Assembly: GCA_963786955.1 (NCBI GenBank)
Contig: CAWBAT010000005.1
Location: forward strand, 1,600,001-1,664,000
Source: an uncultured Acidimicrobiia bacterium
Lineage (GTDB): Bacteria > Acidobacteriota > Terriglobia > Versatilivoradales > Versatilivoraceae
Length of the DNA: 64,000 nucleotides
Direction of reading: 5' to 3'
The notes beneath the pieces were generated by a model. The model searched no databases. It was not told where the DNA came from and saw only the letters and a program-made list of their open reading frames with translations. Made by a program: the position numbers and the translations under genes. Below, in pieces: positions 21,057-30,506 of this stretch; positions within the stretch are counted from its first letter, which is position 1, and every line of letters starts with the position of its first letter.

Positions 21057-21240
21057 ACTGTCGTCTCCTTTTGGCCCTTAAGCCTGTTCTTTCTGCGTAA
21101 CTCCTGATTTTTGATTAGCTTTTGTAAGCTCTGCCTCTCAACCAGACTTGACCATGATGAAAACCGCTACTGCGAACATCTCGCTCCCGTCTGGGATCCG
21201 CCTCCCACTCTGTATAGATGGCTCCTTGAGGCACGGGTCC

Positions 21241-21305
21241 TTTATACCTTGAAGCATTGGGCGTGTCAGTTCAGTATGGCTCACTCGTTTGGTCAATTTT
21301 GCTCA
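21241..21305 (-). promoter_or_regulatory. Tandem-box regulon promoter, copy 6
   Basis: Boxes 21290-21305 and 21268-21283; CTGACA-17bp-TATAAA. Confidence 0.87.
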
Positions 21306-22020
21306 TCTCAGCTCAGGAGGAGGGAGACAGTTGGCTGGGACCCGTGGAAATTGGAGCCTGGGATCCAGAGGCTTCTTTTGCATCTGCCGATATATGATCC
21401 GGAGGATCGCCACGACCGGCACCGACAAAAAGCAGCCGGTGATCCCTGCGATCTGTCCGCCCGCCAGAAACCCGAAGATCACGACCAGGGCGTGGAACTC
21501 TGTGCCCGCACTCAACAGCTGGGGGGATAAAACATAATCCTGAAAACGCGGAACACGGCTAAGAAAAAGAAAATCCAAAGCTGCATTGGGTAGGAGTGAG
21601 AGAATGTCTCGCGAGTGATCAACGAGCTGCTTTCGCATGGTCGAGATTACCGTCTCCTTTATCGACTGAACAGACGGTGAAGCAATCGGTTTGTCCACTT
21701 GCTCGAGTTTGGAAAGAATTTCTGGAACCCTGGTCGCCAGTGCATTTGCCTGCGACACGACTCGAGAACCAATTTCAATACCAATGACAAACAGCAAAAT
21801 GACCAATGATAAATAGACGATGGCGAGAGCTGGTACCCTGGAACGTCCCGGCAGCCATTGATCAAGATAGTTCGCCAACGGCCAAAGCAGTCAGGCGAAC
21901 AGCAACGCCACTACAAAGATGAAGAGAGTTTCTCGAATGAGATAGACCATTATCCAGCAGTAAAAGAATGAACACTCCTGTCCAGGTCAAGCGTGCAGCA
22001 CGATGATCAAGACCAAGCAC
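21303..22020 (-). pseudogene. AI-2E family transporter pseudogene
   Basis: MLGLDHRAARLTWT start; frameshift, in-frame TGA, and a large internal deletion before QDYVLSP...GGQIAGITGCFLSVPV. Confidence 0.8.
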
Positions 22021-22133
22021 GAGGGTAATAGACCTTTCCTGAGAATTTAGGTCTGTACAGGGCTCGCTTGGTTACTGGTTTGCCTCTATGACTCTACTTC
22101 CGGCAGGTAATTGACACGTCTGATACCAGCCAC

Positions 22134-22550
22134 TTATTTTGCTTTGGCTTCAAGAGCAGTTTTCTCATTTTCGCTCTTGACGACCTCCTCATCGTCCGAA
22201 CCTTCGCGCAAGCGTTGAAACTCCTGTTGGAGACGCGCCAGTTCCTGATCCGAGAGGTCTTCGAGGTCCACGAGATGATTGCGTGCCCCCTCGACAGAGC
22301 GAATCAGTTCATCCAGCTTGAGGTGGATTGCCTTAGCGTCCCGATTTTGCGTATTCTGAATAAGGAAGACCATCAGAAAGGTTACGATGGTAGTGGCTGT
22401 GTTAATGACAAGCTGCCAGGTGTCGGAATATTGGAAGTAGGGCCCCAACAAAACCCAGGCGACAATTGCAGCCAGTGCAACGATGAATGCCCCTGGTGAG
22501 CCCACCGCCTGAGAGGTTGTATGGGAGAACTTACGAAAGACTTCATTCAA
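22134..22550 (-). CDS. Low-affinity iron permease family protein
   Basis: SDTWQLVINTATTIVTFLMVFLIQNTQNRDAKAIHLKLDELIRS signature. Confidence 0.93.
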   Translation of the reverse strand: MNEVFRKFSHTTSQAVGSPGAFIVALAAIVAWVLLGPYFQYSDTWQLVINTATTIVTFLMVFLIQNTQNRDAKAIHLKLDELIRSVEGARNHLVDLEDLSDQELARLQQEFQRLREGSDDEEVVKSENEKTALEAKAK

Positions 22551-22627
22551 AGTCAGCTCCTCCTTTACCTTTACACCCGTACAGCTTCTCGTCCCCGATA
22601 ATGGGTCTTAGGCACTCCCCAATTGCA

Positions 22628-22909
22628 CTATCCCCTGGTTCGTTTCGTGAAAAAACCTAGTAGGAGACCGGTGCCAAGAGCGATCAACAAAGCATTGAAT
22701 GGTTCATTTCGGGTATATTCAGTCATCTTTCCTATCATCCCCTTCCACCCTTCTTGGCGCACCTGGCCTAGAGTTTGTTTCGCGCTTTGCTTGGTACTTT
22801 CTACATAATCAACCACAGCGTCTAGCTTCTGGCCGGCTGCCTCGGCAGCTTCGGCAATTTTTTCTGCCGCGCGCTTACCGATCCCTTCACCTGCATTGAA
22901 ATTATCCAT
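22628..22909 (-). CDS. ElaB/YqjD/DUF883-like tail-anchored protein
   Basis: Helical N-terminus; YTRNEPFNALLIALGTGLLLG C-terminal anchor. Confidence 0.82.
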   Translation of the reverse strand: MDNFNAGEGIGKRAAEKIAEAAEAAGQKLDAVVDYVESTKQSAKQTLGQVRQEGWKGMIGKMTEYTRNEPFNALLIALGTGLLLGFFTKRTRG

Positions 22910-23000
22910 ATCGTTTCCTTTCTTAAGATTGATGAATCAGATTATCCAGACAAGAAGACACTGGACTCTCAACTAAACACGACTGACAACTATAATTCTT

Positions 23001-23066
23001 ATACTACCCGTGAGCCAATTCGAGTGTCAGTTCAGTATGGCTCACCCGTTTGGTCAAAATTGCTCA
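23001..23066 (-). promoter_or_regulatory. Tandem-box regulon promoter, copy 7a (leftward)
   Basis: Boxes 23051-23066 and 23029-23044; CTGACA-18bp-TAGTAT. Confidence 0.85.
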
Positions 23067-23116
23067 AACAGATGAGCCATACTGAACTGACGAGCCGACA
23101 CCTCCTAGGTTATAAG
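23051..23116 (+). promoter_or_regulatory. Tandem-box regulon promoter, copy 7b (rightward, shares the central box)
   Basis: Box 23073-23088 TGAGCCATACTGAACT; CTGACG-18bp-TATAAG. Confidence 0.85.
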
Positions 23117-23197
23117 GACCCAACGCTCCGGACTCGAAAGCCTTTCTCAACCGAGACGAGTTACAATTAAGGAATAACAAAGAAAAGGACAAAACTT

Positions 23198-23935
23198 ATG
23201 TTAATCAAAAAAAATGGACTCCTGCTCATTGCTCCCACGTTACTTCTGGCTCTGTCTTTTCAGACGGGCTGCGCGACGAAAAAGTATGTTAAGCAGCAGA
23301 TCGACCCGGTCAGTGGGCGGGTGGATGAACTGTCAGAACTCAGTAAGGGGAACGAGAATGCCATTAAGGAAGTAGACAGTAGAGCACAGGCCGGCATTCA
23401 GACTGTCCAGGCTGCTGCCAACGAGGCGGACCAGAAAGCCATGGTGGCGACTCAAAAGGGAGAAGACGCTCAAAAGCTGGCCCAGAAGAATGAGACAGAG
23501 ATTGTCAGTGTGGAAAATAATTTCAACCAAAAGCTGAGCAACCTGGATACTTACAAGTCGGTGGACACTTCGAGCATCAATTTCAAACTCAACAGCGCCG
23601 AACTAAACGACGAAGCCAAGGCCACTTTGGATCAGCTAGCCTCCAAAGTAAAAGATAGCAAAGGCTATATGCTAGAGATCCAGGGGTTTACGGACAAAAC
23701 AGGAAATGACAGTCTCAACTTCGAGTTGAGCCAGGAACGGTCCCAAAGTGTCGTTCGTTACTTGTCTCAACAGCATCAAATCCCATTGTTCCGAATGTTC
23801 ATTCTTGGTTTGGGCTCCAGCAAAGAAGTGGAGAACAATAAGACGAGTAAAGGCCGTGCAGCCAATCGCCGGGTGGAGATCACGCTGCTCAAGAACGAGT
23901 TGGAGAGCACTCCCAGCGGCTCTGCTCAAAAGTAG
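23198..23935 (+). CDS. OmpA family lipoprotein
   Basis: QTGC lipobox, CATKKYV, coiled coil, QGFTD, LSQERS and ANRRVE motifs. Confidence 0.93.
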   Translation: MLIKKNGLLLIAPTLLLALSFQTGCATKKYVKQQIDPVSGRVDELSELSKGNENAIKEVDSRAQAGIQTVQAAANEADQKAMVATQKGEDAQKLAQKNETEIVSVENNFNQKLSNLDTYKSVDTSSINFKLNSAELNDEAKATLDQLASKVKDSKGYMLEIQGFTDKTGNDSLNFELSQERSQSVVRYLSQQHQIPLFRMFILGLGSSKEVENNKTSKGRAANRRVEITLLKNELESTPSGSAQK

Positions 23936-23964
23936 GATCACTCAAAAGATTTTTTTTTAGAAGC

Positions 23965-24680
23965 TCAATCCAGGGCAAGATCCTGTGTTCCACTGATGAA
24001 CGCCTGGGCGGTGGTGTGGCTACAAGGGACTAGGGACGCGGAGTGTCTACTCGACAACTCCGACATTCCTTGACCTAGACTGGCTGTGCGAGAGACTGGC
24101 TCGACTCGCGAGCCCTGTTTGTCGGCATAGACGCAGGTGATTTCTGCGCCTAAAAGAAGAATCTGTGCAGAGTAATAAAGCCAAGCCAGCAGAATGACAA
24201 GGGCATCCGTTGCTCCGTATGCTGGAGCCACCGTGGATCGGACTAGTTCAATCAGCGCTTTCCCGATCGTAAAGAGTAGCGATGCAACTGTCGCGCACCG
24301 ATCCACACGTCGCCCCAGGCAATTTCCGTGTTTGGCAGAAACTTGAAGATCACCGCGATCAGCATCGTAATGGCCCCAACGTGGGGAGAAAATTAACCGA
24401 CTCCAGCAAAAACATGGGCTTAGGAAGTAGATGCTTCATTAACTTTTCCACGACCCTTAACGCGGCGTTCGAAACGAGTGACACCATTGACAGAAAGCCC
24501 GTGCAGAGCACTAGCAGGTTGCTGAAGAACTCGTTGTAGCGGCGCTCTGTGAGCGTCGCCTCTCTGCAAGTTGTTGAGTTTCGGCGGTCACAGTCAGTCG
24601 CTACAGCATTAGCCACATGGCCTGCTGAGTTTTTCAGCAACCTGCTAGACTTGAAGAGCCTGCCCAGGAATCGGATGAAG
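23965..24680 (-). pseudogene. YihY/BrkB family membrane protein pseudogene, MITE-interrupted
   Basis: LVLCTGFLSMVSLV and AYGATDALVILLAWLYYSAQILLLGAEIT fragments; 5' half missing. Confidence 0.8.
24511..24648. mobile_element. MITE with 22-bp terminal inverted repeats, CTAG at both ends and an internal REP-like doublet
   Basis: CTAGCAGGTTGCTGAAGAACTC ... GAGTTTTTCAGCAACCTGCTAG. Confidence 0.85.
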
Positions 24681-24925
24681 TCCAAATTGAGGTGGTAAAG
24701 TGTCGAACAGGTGTGTGAAAAGGATGCCTGTAGAATGAAGCCAGAGTCCAACGCGGGCGCTTGAAAATCAACGATTTAGCTGTTACGGATTTTTTGCGGT
24801 GCACACCCATTTCGGGAAGCTTCTTCCACTTGTTGCTACACAGCAGTACTGGATGAATGTGGCTGTTCCAACGTCAGTAGCCAATTTAAAGGCGCGTGCG
24901 CATGAAAGATAATGAAAATAATACT

Positions 24926-25246
24926 CTATTGCACGCTCCTGATATCTACATCGAATAGCTCGTACCAGCTTTTCGCCCCCACTGTCAGCAGGTAAGAGGA
25001 GTTGTGTGGCTTGTATCGTGGCGACGTAACATTCGTAATAGGATATTCAATGATTTTCTGTTCCCTATCTAAACAGTTGGGGCAGAGAACGTTTCGTTGC
25101 CGCAGCCAGTAAGTTGACTGTGGCCTGTGGACTACAGCCACCGCCTGAACAATCTGCTCTGCGCTATTCATCCAGCCGCTCAGTTCCTCAGTTTCGTCTT
25201 CGTGAAGAATTCGGACCTGATATTCACTACCGTGGTTATGCGCCAT
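24926..25246 (-). CDS. Hypothetical protein with a CxxC motif
   Basis: AGGAGG RBS; RNVLCPNCLDREQ. Confidence 0.65.
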   Translation of the reverse strand: MAHNHGSEYQVRILHEDETEELSGWMNSAEQIVQAVAVVHRPQSTYWLRQRNVLCPNCLDREQKIIEYPITNVTSPRYKPHNSSYLLTVGAKSWYELFDVDIRSVQ

Positions 25247-25432
25247 GTGCTTTCCTCCTAGACAGCTCATTTATCAGTCCTCGTAACGAAGGTGGGGTAG
25301 ATTTGCAGCTGTTGTAGTGTTTGAGCTTGAGCCGAAACCGGCTAGCAAATGATCCGATACCAGTGGGAGAGAGAAACCAAAAATTCAGTCTCAAAAGACC
25401 ATCTTGGGGTCACTTACAATCAGGATGTCCAG

Positions 25433-25618
25433 TAACGAACGTTTTTTCAGGACGATGAAAATCACCAGACCAAGCCCACCCTGCCACTCCGATATAGTCA
25501 GCTTACCAGCCGCCGGTCAGTCGGTTTCCGCTCACCGCGCTCTGTCGAAGGTTACTTATTACGGGTGGTGGGATCATAAACCAGTCTTGCAATGCCTCCG
25601 GGGCCGCCCCAATGCCGG
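25433..25618 (-). pseudogene. Glycine-zipper 3' end plus DUF3309-like relic, copy A
   Basis: GGIARLVYDPTTRNK*; highly similar to 42020-42217 and partly to 57058-57225. Confidence 0.65.
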
Positions 25619-25645
25619 ATTTGTAACATTTTGGTTGCGTTTGTA

Positions 25646-26305
25646 TTAGTCGTACAGGACCACGTTGAACAGGGCATTATGGACTGTTAACCAGCCGTTA
25701 TCGCTGTAATCGATAAAGCCAAGTTTTCTGAACTTAGTCAAGAAATGACTGATTCGCGACCGGGTGGTGCCAACCATTTGTGCCAAGTTGATCTGCTTGA
25801 CTCTGGAAATTACAGTTTTAGCTGTATATTCCTTGTCAAAGTGAGCCAGTAGCAAGAGCGTCCGGGCCAGACGCTTCTCGCTAGAGTCGAAAAACTGGTC
25901 GATCAGATCCGCTTCGTATCGGATGTTGCGGGAAAGCAGATGTATGACAAACATCTCCGAGGCGTCGTGCTGTTCGTGCAGCATGCGCACGATCAGCGGC
26001 TTCTCAATCCTGACCAGAGTACATTTCGTTATCGCGGTAGCCGTTGCTATGCGCACTGGCTGACCTGCCAGGCATCCCTCGCCGAAGAACTCACCTTTGC
26101 CCAGAACGGCGACGATCGCTTCCTTCCGTTGTTGGGATGTCACGACGAGATTCACCTTGCCTCTTCGCAGGTAGAACACGGAATCTGCAGGGTCTCCTTG
26201 CGTGAAGATATTACGGTTCGCGTGGCATTCTAGAGCGGTTTTCCCGCTGAAGGTTCCAGCCAAGAAGAATTCCCAATCGACAGGTTGGGCTTTCTTAGGT
26301 GCCAT
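25646..26305 (-). CDS. Crp/Fnr family transcriptional regulator, paralog 2 (most diverged)
   Basis: GEFFGEGCLAGQPVRIATA; LAQMVGTTRSRISHFLTKFR. Confidence 0.95.
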   Translation of the reverse strand: MAPKKAQPVDWEFFLAGTFSGKTALECHANRNIFTQGDPADSVFYLRRGKVNLVVTSQQRKEAIVAVLGKGEFFGEGCLAGQPVRIATATAITKCTLVRIEKPLIVRMLHEQHDASEMFVIHLLSRNIRYEADLIDQFFDSSEKRLARTLLLLAHFDKEYTAKTVISRVKQINLAQMVGTTRSRISHFLTKFRKLGFIDYSDNGWLTVHNALFNVVLYD

Positions 26306-26471
26306 TACAACCTCCCTCTGTTTGTTGAGGACAAGTCCAAGAGATTAAGAGAAATCAATTTTTGGCGGCATCCTGGGATCGCAGCAATAGAGCTCGTAGG
26401 GACATATCGCTCCGACCCCCTGAGGCCCGCCTCCCATCAGATCCTGGCTGGCAGCTCCAGTTACAATTCTT

Positions 26472-26537
26472 ATACTACCTGTGGAGGAATTCGCGCGTCA
26501 GTTCAATATGAAACACATGGCTGTTCAAAATTGCTCA
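26472..26537 (-). promoter_or_regulatory. Tandem-box regulon promoter, copy 8 (drives Crp paralog 2)
   Basis: Boxes 26522-26537 and 26500-26515; CTGACG-18bp-TAGTAT. Confidence 0.83.
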
Positions 26538-26602
26538 TCGCAGTTCATGAGGAGGGGGATTAAAGTGGAGGCGCAGGGAGAATATTTCTTCTTGATAAAC
26601 TT

Positions 26603-26660
26603 CCTCTCCTATCGGGAGAGGGGCGAAAGCTTGAGAAGCGTTCACAAGTGTGGGGAGAGC
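26603..26660. repeat. REP-like double hairpin
   Basis: CCTCTCCT-ATC-GGGAGAGG followed by GCGAAAGCTT-GAG-AAGCGTTCAC; matches 19781-19826. Confidence 0.55.
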
Positions 26661-26771
26661 TGAGGCCCGCGGAGCAAGCGTCTTGCTGGAATCGCTTTCT
26701 CGGTCATGCAGAATCTGGGTATTAAGGCTGCACACAACGGAGTGGCCGGAAACGGCTGCACACGGCTCAAC

Positions 26772-27455
26772 TCAATGTTGATTTCCACCGTTGTTCAGGA
26801 CCACGCTGAGGAGGCCACTATGGACCTTCACCCCGCCTTTTTCGCTGTAATCGATAAAGCCCAGCGCCCTGAACTTATTCATGAAATGACTGATTCGCGA
26901 CCGGGTGGTGCCGACCATTTGGGCCAAGTTTTCCTGACTGACACCGGGAATGACGGTTTCTGACCGGTTTTCTTTGCCGAAATGTGCCAGCAGTAAGAGC
27001 ATCCGAGCCAGCCGCTTCTCACTGGAGTTGAATAGCTGATCGACCAGATCCGCTTCGTAGCGGATGTTTCGCGAAAGCAGATGCGTAACGAACAATTCTG
27101 AGAACTCGTGCTGTTCGTGCAGGATGCGGGCCATCAGCGGTTTCTCAATCCTGACCAAACTGCAATCGGAAATGGCGGTAGCCGTGGCGATGCGCAACAG
27201 CTGGCCTGCCAGGCATCCCTCACCGAAGAAGTCACCTTCGCCCAGAAGGGCGACGATCGCTTCCTTGCCTTGTTGGGATGTGACCGACAGCTTTACCTTG
27301 CCATGTCGCAGGTAGAACACAGAATCTGCAGGTTCTCCTTGCCAGAAGATGGTCCGGTTCGCGCCGTATTCTAACTCGGCCTTCCCACGAGAGATTCCGG
27401 CCAGGAAGGGTTCCCAATCGACAGGCTGATTTTTCTTAGTGTCTCGCATTGCCAT
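26772..27455 (-). CDS. Crp/Fnr family transcriptional regulator, paralog 3 (divergent from kaiC)
   Basis: GDFFGEGCLAGQLLRIATA; QENLAQMVGTTRSRISHFMNKFR; GAGGT RBS before ATG at 27455. Confidence 0.95.
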   Translation of the reverse strand: MAMRDTKKNQPVDWEPFLAGISRGKAELEYGANRTIFWQGEPADSVFYLRHGKVKLSVTSQQGKEAIVALLGEGDFFGEGCLAGQLLRIATATAISDCSLVRIEKPLMARILHEQHEFSELFVTHLLSRNIRYEADLVDQLFNSSEKRLARMLLLLAHFGKENRSETVIPGVSQENLAQMVGTTRSRISHFMNKFRALGFIDYSEKGGVKVHSGLLSVVLNNGGNQH

Positions 27456-28060
27456 AACAACCTCTTTTTGCCTGCTGAAGGCGCGTCCGTCATACCAAAA
27501 GTAATCAGTTTTCTTGACGCACTGGAACCCCGCCACCAAGATCCAGTTCCAGCCCGGACTTTTAGTTTAATCCACGCCCATGAAACCTACAATACGGCAA
27601 ACTCAGCATTCTGGGATGTGATGAACCCGTAAGAACCCTTAAGGGGTTTCCCCTATTTAATTTACCGCTTGACTTCATTTCCAGCAGGAACAAAAATAGT
27701 GGCTAAGCATCGGACCGACGAAGGTTTTCCTTTGAAGAGGGAATGTTTCTTTGTACGGTTTCATGCTGCAAAGTTTCATTCCTTCTCAACCCTAGAACCC
27801 TAACCTCAGAGGAATCCTAGGAAGTAAATGCCCGAAGGAACACTTCGTTCCGGCACGACAACAAGGTTCTCAATTCAGGAGAGTTGGGCCAACGACGGAG
27901 GTCTGGACTCGCGCCCCAGACTCCAAGAAGGCGCTGGGTCTGGCAAGAGAGATTGTAAGGGCGCACGGTACGACATTGCTTCGTATCCTGTTCTGTCGCA
28001 TCAGGCCGCCGATTCTGTCTGGTGCGTCGGCGGTGAATTTCAAACGACTGAGGTGAAGGA

Positions 28061-29788
28061 ATGACCAAGACTGGGAAAAAATTCAAGCGATCCAACCTCA
28101 GCCTGGCCAAATCTCCCACCGGCATTCGGGGTTTTGATGAAGTCACAGGCGGTGGACTGCCTCTCGGAAGGCCAACCCTCCTCTGCGGCGGCCCGGGATG
28201 CGGCAAGACTGTGCTGGCAACCGAATTCCTGGTACGCGGAGCAATGCAGTACAACGAACCGGGAGTCTTCATGTGTTTCGAGGAGACCGCTGAAGAGTTG
28301 ATCAAGAATGTGGCTTCACTAGGCTTCGACCTGAACCGGCTGGTAGCTAAGAAAAGACTCGCCCTGGATTACGTCTTTGTCGAACGGAGTGAAATTGAAG
28401 AAACGGGTGAATACGACCTGGAAGGTTTGTTCATCCGATTGAATCACGCGATTGATTCCATCGGCGCCAAGCGCGTGGTGCTGGATACTATCGAAGCTCT
28501 CTTTGCAGGTCTGTCGAACGTCGCCGTCCTACGCTCCGAACTGCGCCGCCTTTTTCGTTGGCTGAAAGAGAAGGGTGTTACGGCAATCATAACCGGAGAG
28601 CGCGGTGATGGAACACTCACTCGCAACGGTTTGGAAGAGTATGTCTCCGACTGTGTCATCGTGCTCGATCATCGGGTGACGGAACACGTAGCCACGCGGC
28701 GTTTGCGCATCGTCAAATATCGCGGGTCCTTTCATGGCACCAATGAGTATCCATTCCTGATTGAGGAGCATGGCGTCTCTGTGGTGCCCATCACGTCGAT
28801 CAAATTGGAGAGCACGGCCTCCGCCGAACGGATCTCGACCGGTATTCTCCAACTCGATGCCATGATGAGCGGCAAGGGCTATTTCCGCGGCAGCACGGTT
28901 CTGGTCTCGGGGCCAGCCGGGACAGGCAAGACCAGCGTCGCGGCTCAGTTTGTTGAGGCCGCCTGCCGTCGGCGTGAGCGCTGCCTCTTCTTCGCTACGG
29001 AGGAATCCAGCAGCCAGGTCCTGCGTAACATGCGCTCGGTGGGTATCGATCTGGAGATGTGGGTGAGTAAAGGTCTACTGCAATTCCATTGCTCACGCCC
29101 TACCACCTTAGGCCTCGAAATGTATCTCGTGACGATGCAAAAGTTGGTCACCGAATTTAAACCTCACGTCGTGGTCGTGGATCCCATCAGCGATTTTGAG
29201 GCAGCAGGAACTCAGATGGAAGCGAAGGGTATGCTGATGCGCGTGGTGGATTTCTTGAAAATGCACCAGACAACCGCGCTGCTTACCAGCTTGACTTCGG
29301 GCAGTGGTAGCCCCGAATTCACCGAAGCACGCATCTCCTCGTTGATCGATACTTGGTTGCTGTTGCGTAATCTGGAAGCGTCGGGGGAGCGTAACCGCGG
29401 GCTTTACATTCTGAAGTCGCGCGGCATGCCGCACTCCAACCAGATCCGCGAGTTTGTTCTCACGGATCATCGCATCGAACTGGCGGATGTGCATCTCGGC
29501 CCAAGCGGTGTAGTGATTGGTTCGGCGCGGGCAACGCAAGAAGCGCAAGAGAAAGCCGTAGCACTGGACCGCCGGAACGAGATTGAGCGCAAGCAAAGCA
29601 TCCTGGAGCACAAGCGGAAGGCGTTCGAGGCCAGGATTGCTGCTCTACAGGCGGAGTTCGCCGCGGAGGCTCAGGAGTTGGAAGCCGCGATTTTACTCGA
29701 AGAAGGACAGGAGAAAGGCCGGCTGCACGCCCGCACTGAAATGGCCAGACGTAGGGGGGCAAATTCAACAAAGGAAACGCAAGAATGA
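28061..29788 (+). CDS. kaiC: KaiC double-domain ATPase/autokinase with long C-terminal coiled coil
   Basis: Two Walker A motifs ([16 protein letters not shown]), FEE/TEE, ISSLIDT phosphosite region, [14 protein letters not shown]. Confidence 0.97.
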   Translation: MTKTGKKFKRSNLSLAKSPTGIRGFDEVTGGGLPLGRPTLLCGGPGCGKTVLATEFLVRGAMQYNEPGVFMCFEETAEELIKNVASLGFDLNRLVAKKRLALDYVFVERSEIEETGEYDLEGLFIRLNHAIDSIGAKRVVLDTIEALFAGLSNVAVLRSELRRLFRWLKEKGVTAIITGERGDGTLTRNGLEEYVSDCVIVLDHRVTEHVATRRLRIVKYRGSFHGTNEYPFLIEEHGVSVVPITSIKLESTASAERISTGILQLDAMMSGKGYFRGSTVLVSGPAGTGKTSVAAQFVEAACRRRERCLFFATEESSSQVLRNMRSVGIDLEMWVSKGLLQFHCSRPTTLGLEMYLVTMQKLVTEFKPHVVVVDPISDFEAAGTQMEAKGMLMRVVDFLKMHQTTALLTSLTSGSGSPEFTEARISSLIDTWLLLRNLEASGERNRGLYILKSRGMPHSNQIREFVLTDHRIELADVHLGPSGVVIGSARATQEAQEKAVALDRRNEIERKQSILEHKRKAFEARIAALQAEFAAEAQELEAAILLEEGQEKGRLHARTEMARRRGANSTKETQE

Positions 29789-30096
29789 AAGCGTCCACCC
29801 GCAACTCAAAAAATGCCACCGAGTTGGTTGAACTGCGGCTCTATTTGGCCGGGCAAACTCCCCGGTCTATGGCCGCGTTGGCCAATCTCAAGAAGCTGTG
29901 CAAAGAGCATTTGGCAGGCAAGTACCGGATCGAGGTCATTGACTTGTTGAAGAACCCGCAGCTCGCCCGCGGCGACCAGATTATAGCTATTCCTACCTTG
30001 GTACGCCGTCTTCCGCAGCCGATAAGGAAAATTATTGGCGATCTTTCAAACACCGAGCGTGTATTAGTGGGCTTGCAACTGCGCCCCATGGAGTGA
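29785..30096 (+). CDS. kaiB: KaiB (first copy)
   Basis: [12 protein letters not shown]...[13 protein letters not shown]...IIAIPTL...IIGDLS; overlaps the kaiC stop (ATGA). Confidence 0.96.
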   Translation: MKASTRNSKNATELVELRLYLAGQTPRSMAALANLKKLCKEHLAGKYRIEVIDLLKNPQLARGDQIIAIPTLVRRLPQPIRKIIGDLSNTERVLVGLQLRPME

Positions 30097-30122
30097 TGAG
30101 AATAGGCTCAGGAGTTGGACTT

Positions 30123-30449
30123 ATGAGACAGGCAAAAAATGTGAAAGCCTTAACGGTGTCACAATCGCCCGGAGAAAGATATGTCCTCCGTCTTTACGTG
30201 ACCGGACTGACGCCCAATTCCACGCGAGCCATCGCCAATATCAAGGCCCTATGCGAAACGTACCTTGAGGGTCGCTATGACTTGCGGATCATTGACATTT
30301 ACCAAAAGCCGGCGCTGGCAAAGGGCGAGCAGATTATTGCGGCGCCGACGCTGATCAAGAAGTTACCTCTCCCGCTGCGCCGGCTCGTGGGCAACCTCTC
30401 GAAGGAAGACCGCGTTCTCTTCGGCTTGGACCTGCGTCCCAAATCCTAA
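30123..30449 (+). CDS. kaiB: KaiB (second copy)
   Basis: LRLYVTGLTPNS...IIDIYQKPALA...IIAAPTLIKKLPLPLRRLVGNLS; AGGAG RBS. Confidence 0.95.
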   Translation: MRQAKNVKALTVSQSPGERYVLRLYVTGLTPNSTRAIANIKALCETYLEGRYDLRIIDIYQKPALAKGEQIIAAPTLIKKLPLPLRRLVGNLSKEDRVLFGLDLRPKS

Positions 30450-30506
30450 TCAGACCCCTGACGCCGCGACTCGCACGGGCTCGCGGCTGAGCAGACGAAT
30501 GGCGCG

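Noticed and set aside
24760-24810. Possible lone transposon end (GGATTTTTTGCGGTGCACA)
   Set aside because: No partner end or transposase found; too weak to call
28061-30449. True circadian clock
   Set aside because: No kaiA in the window and the KaiC is of the Ser-Ser/coiled-coil type; self-sustained oscillation cannot be claimed from sequence
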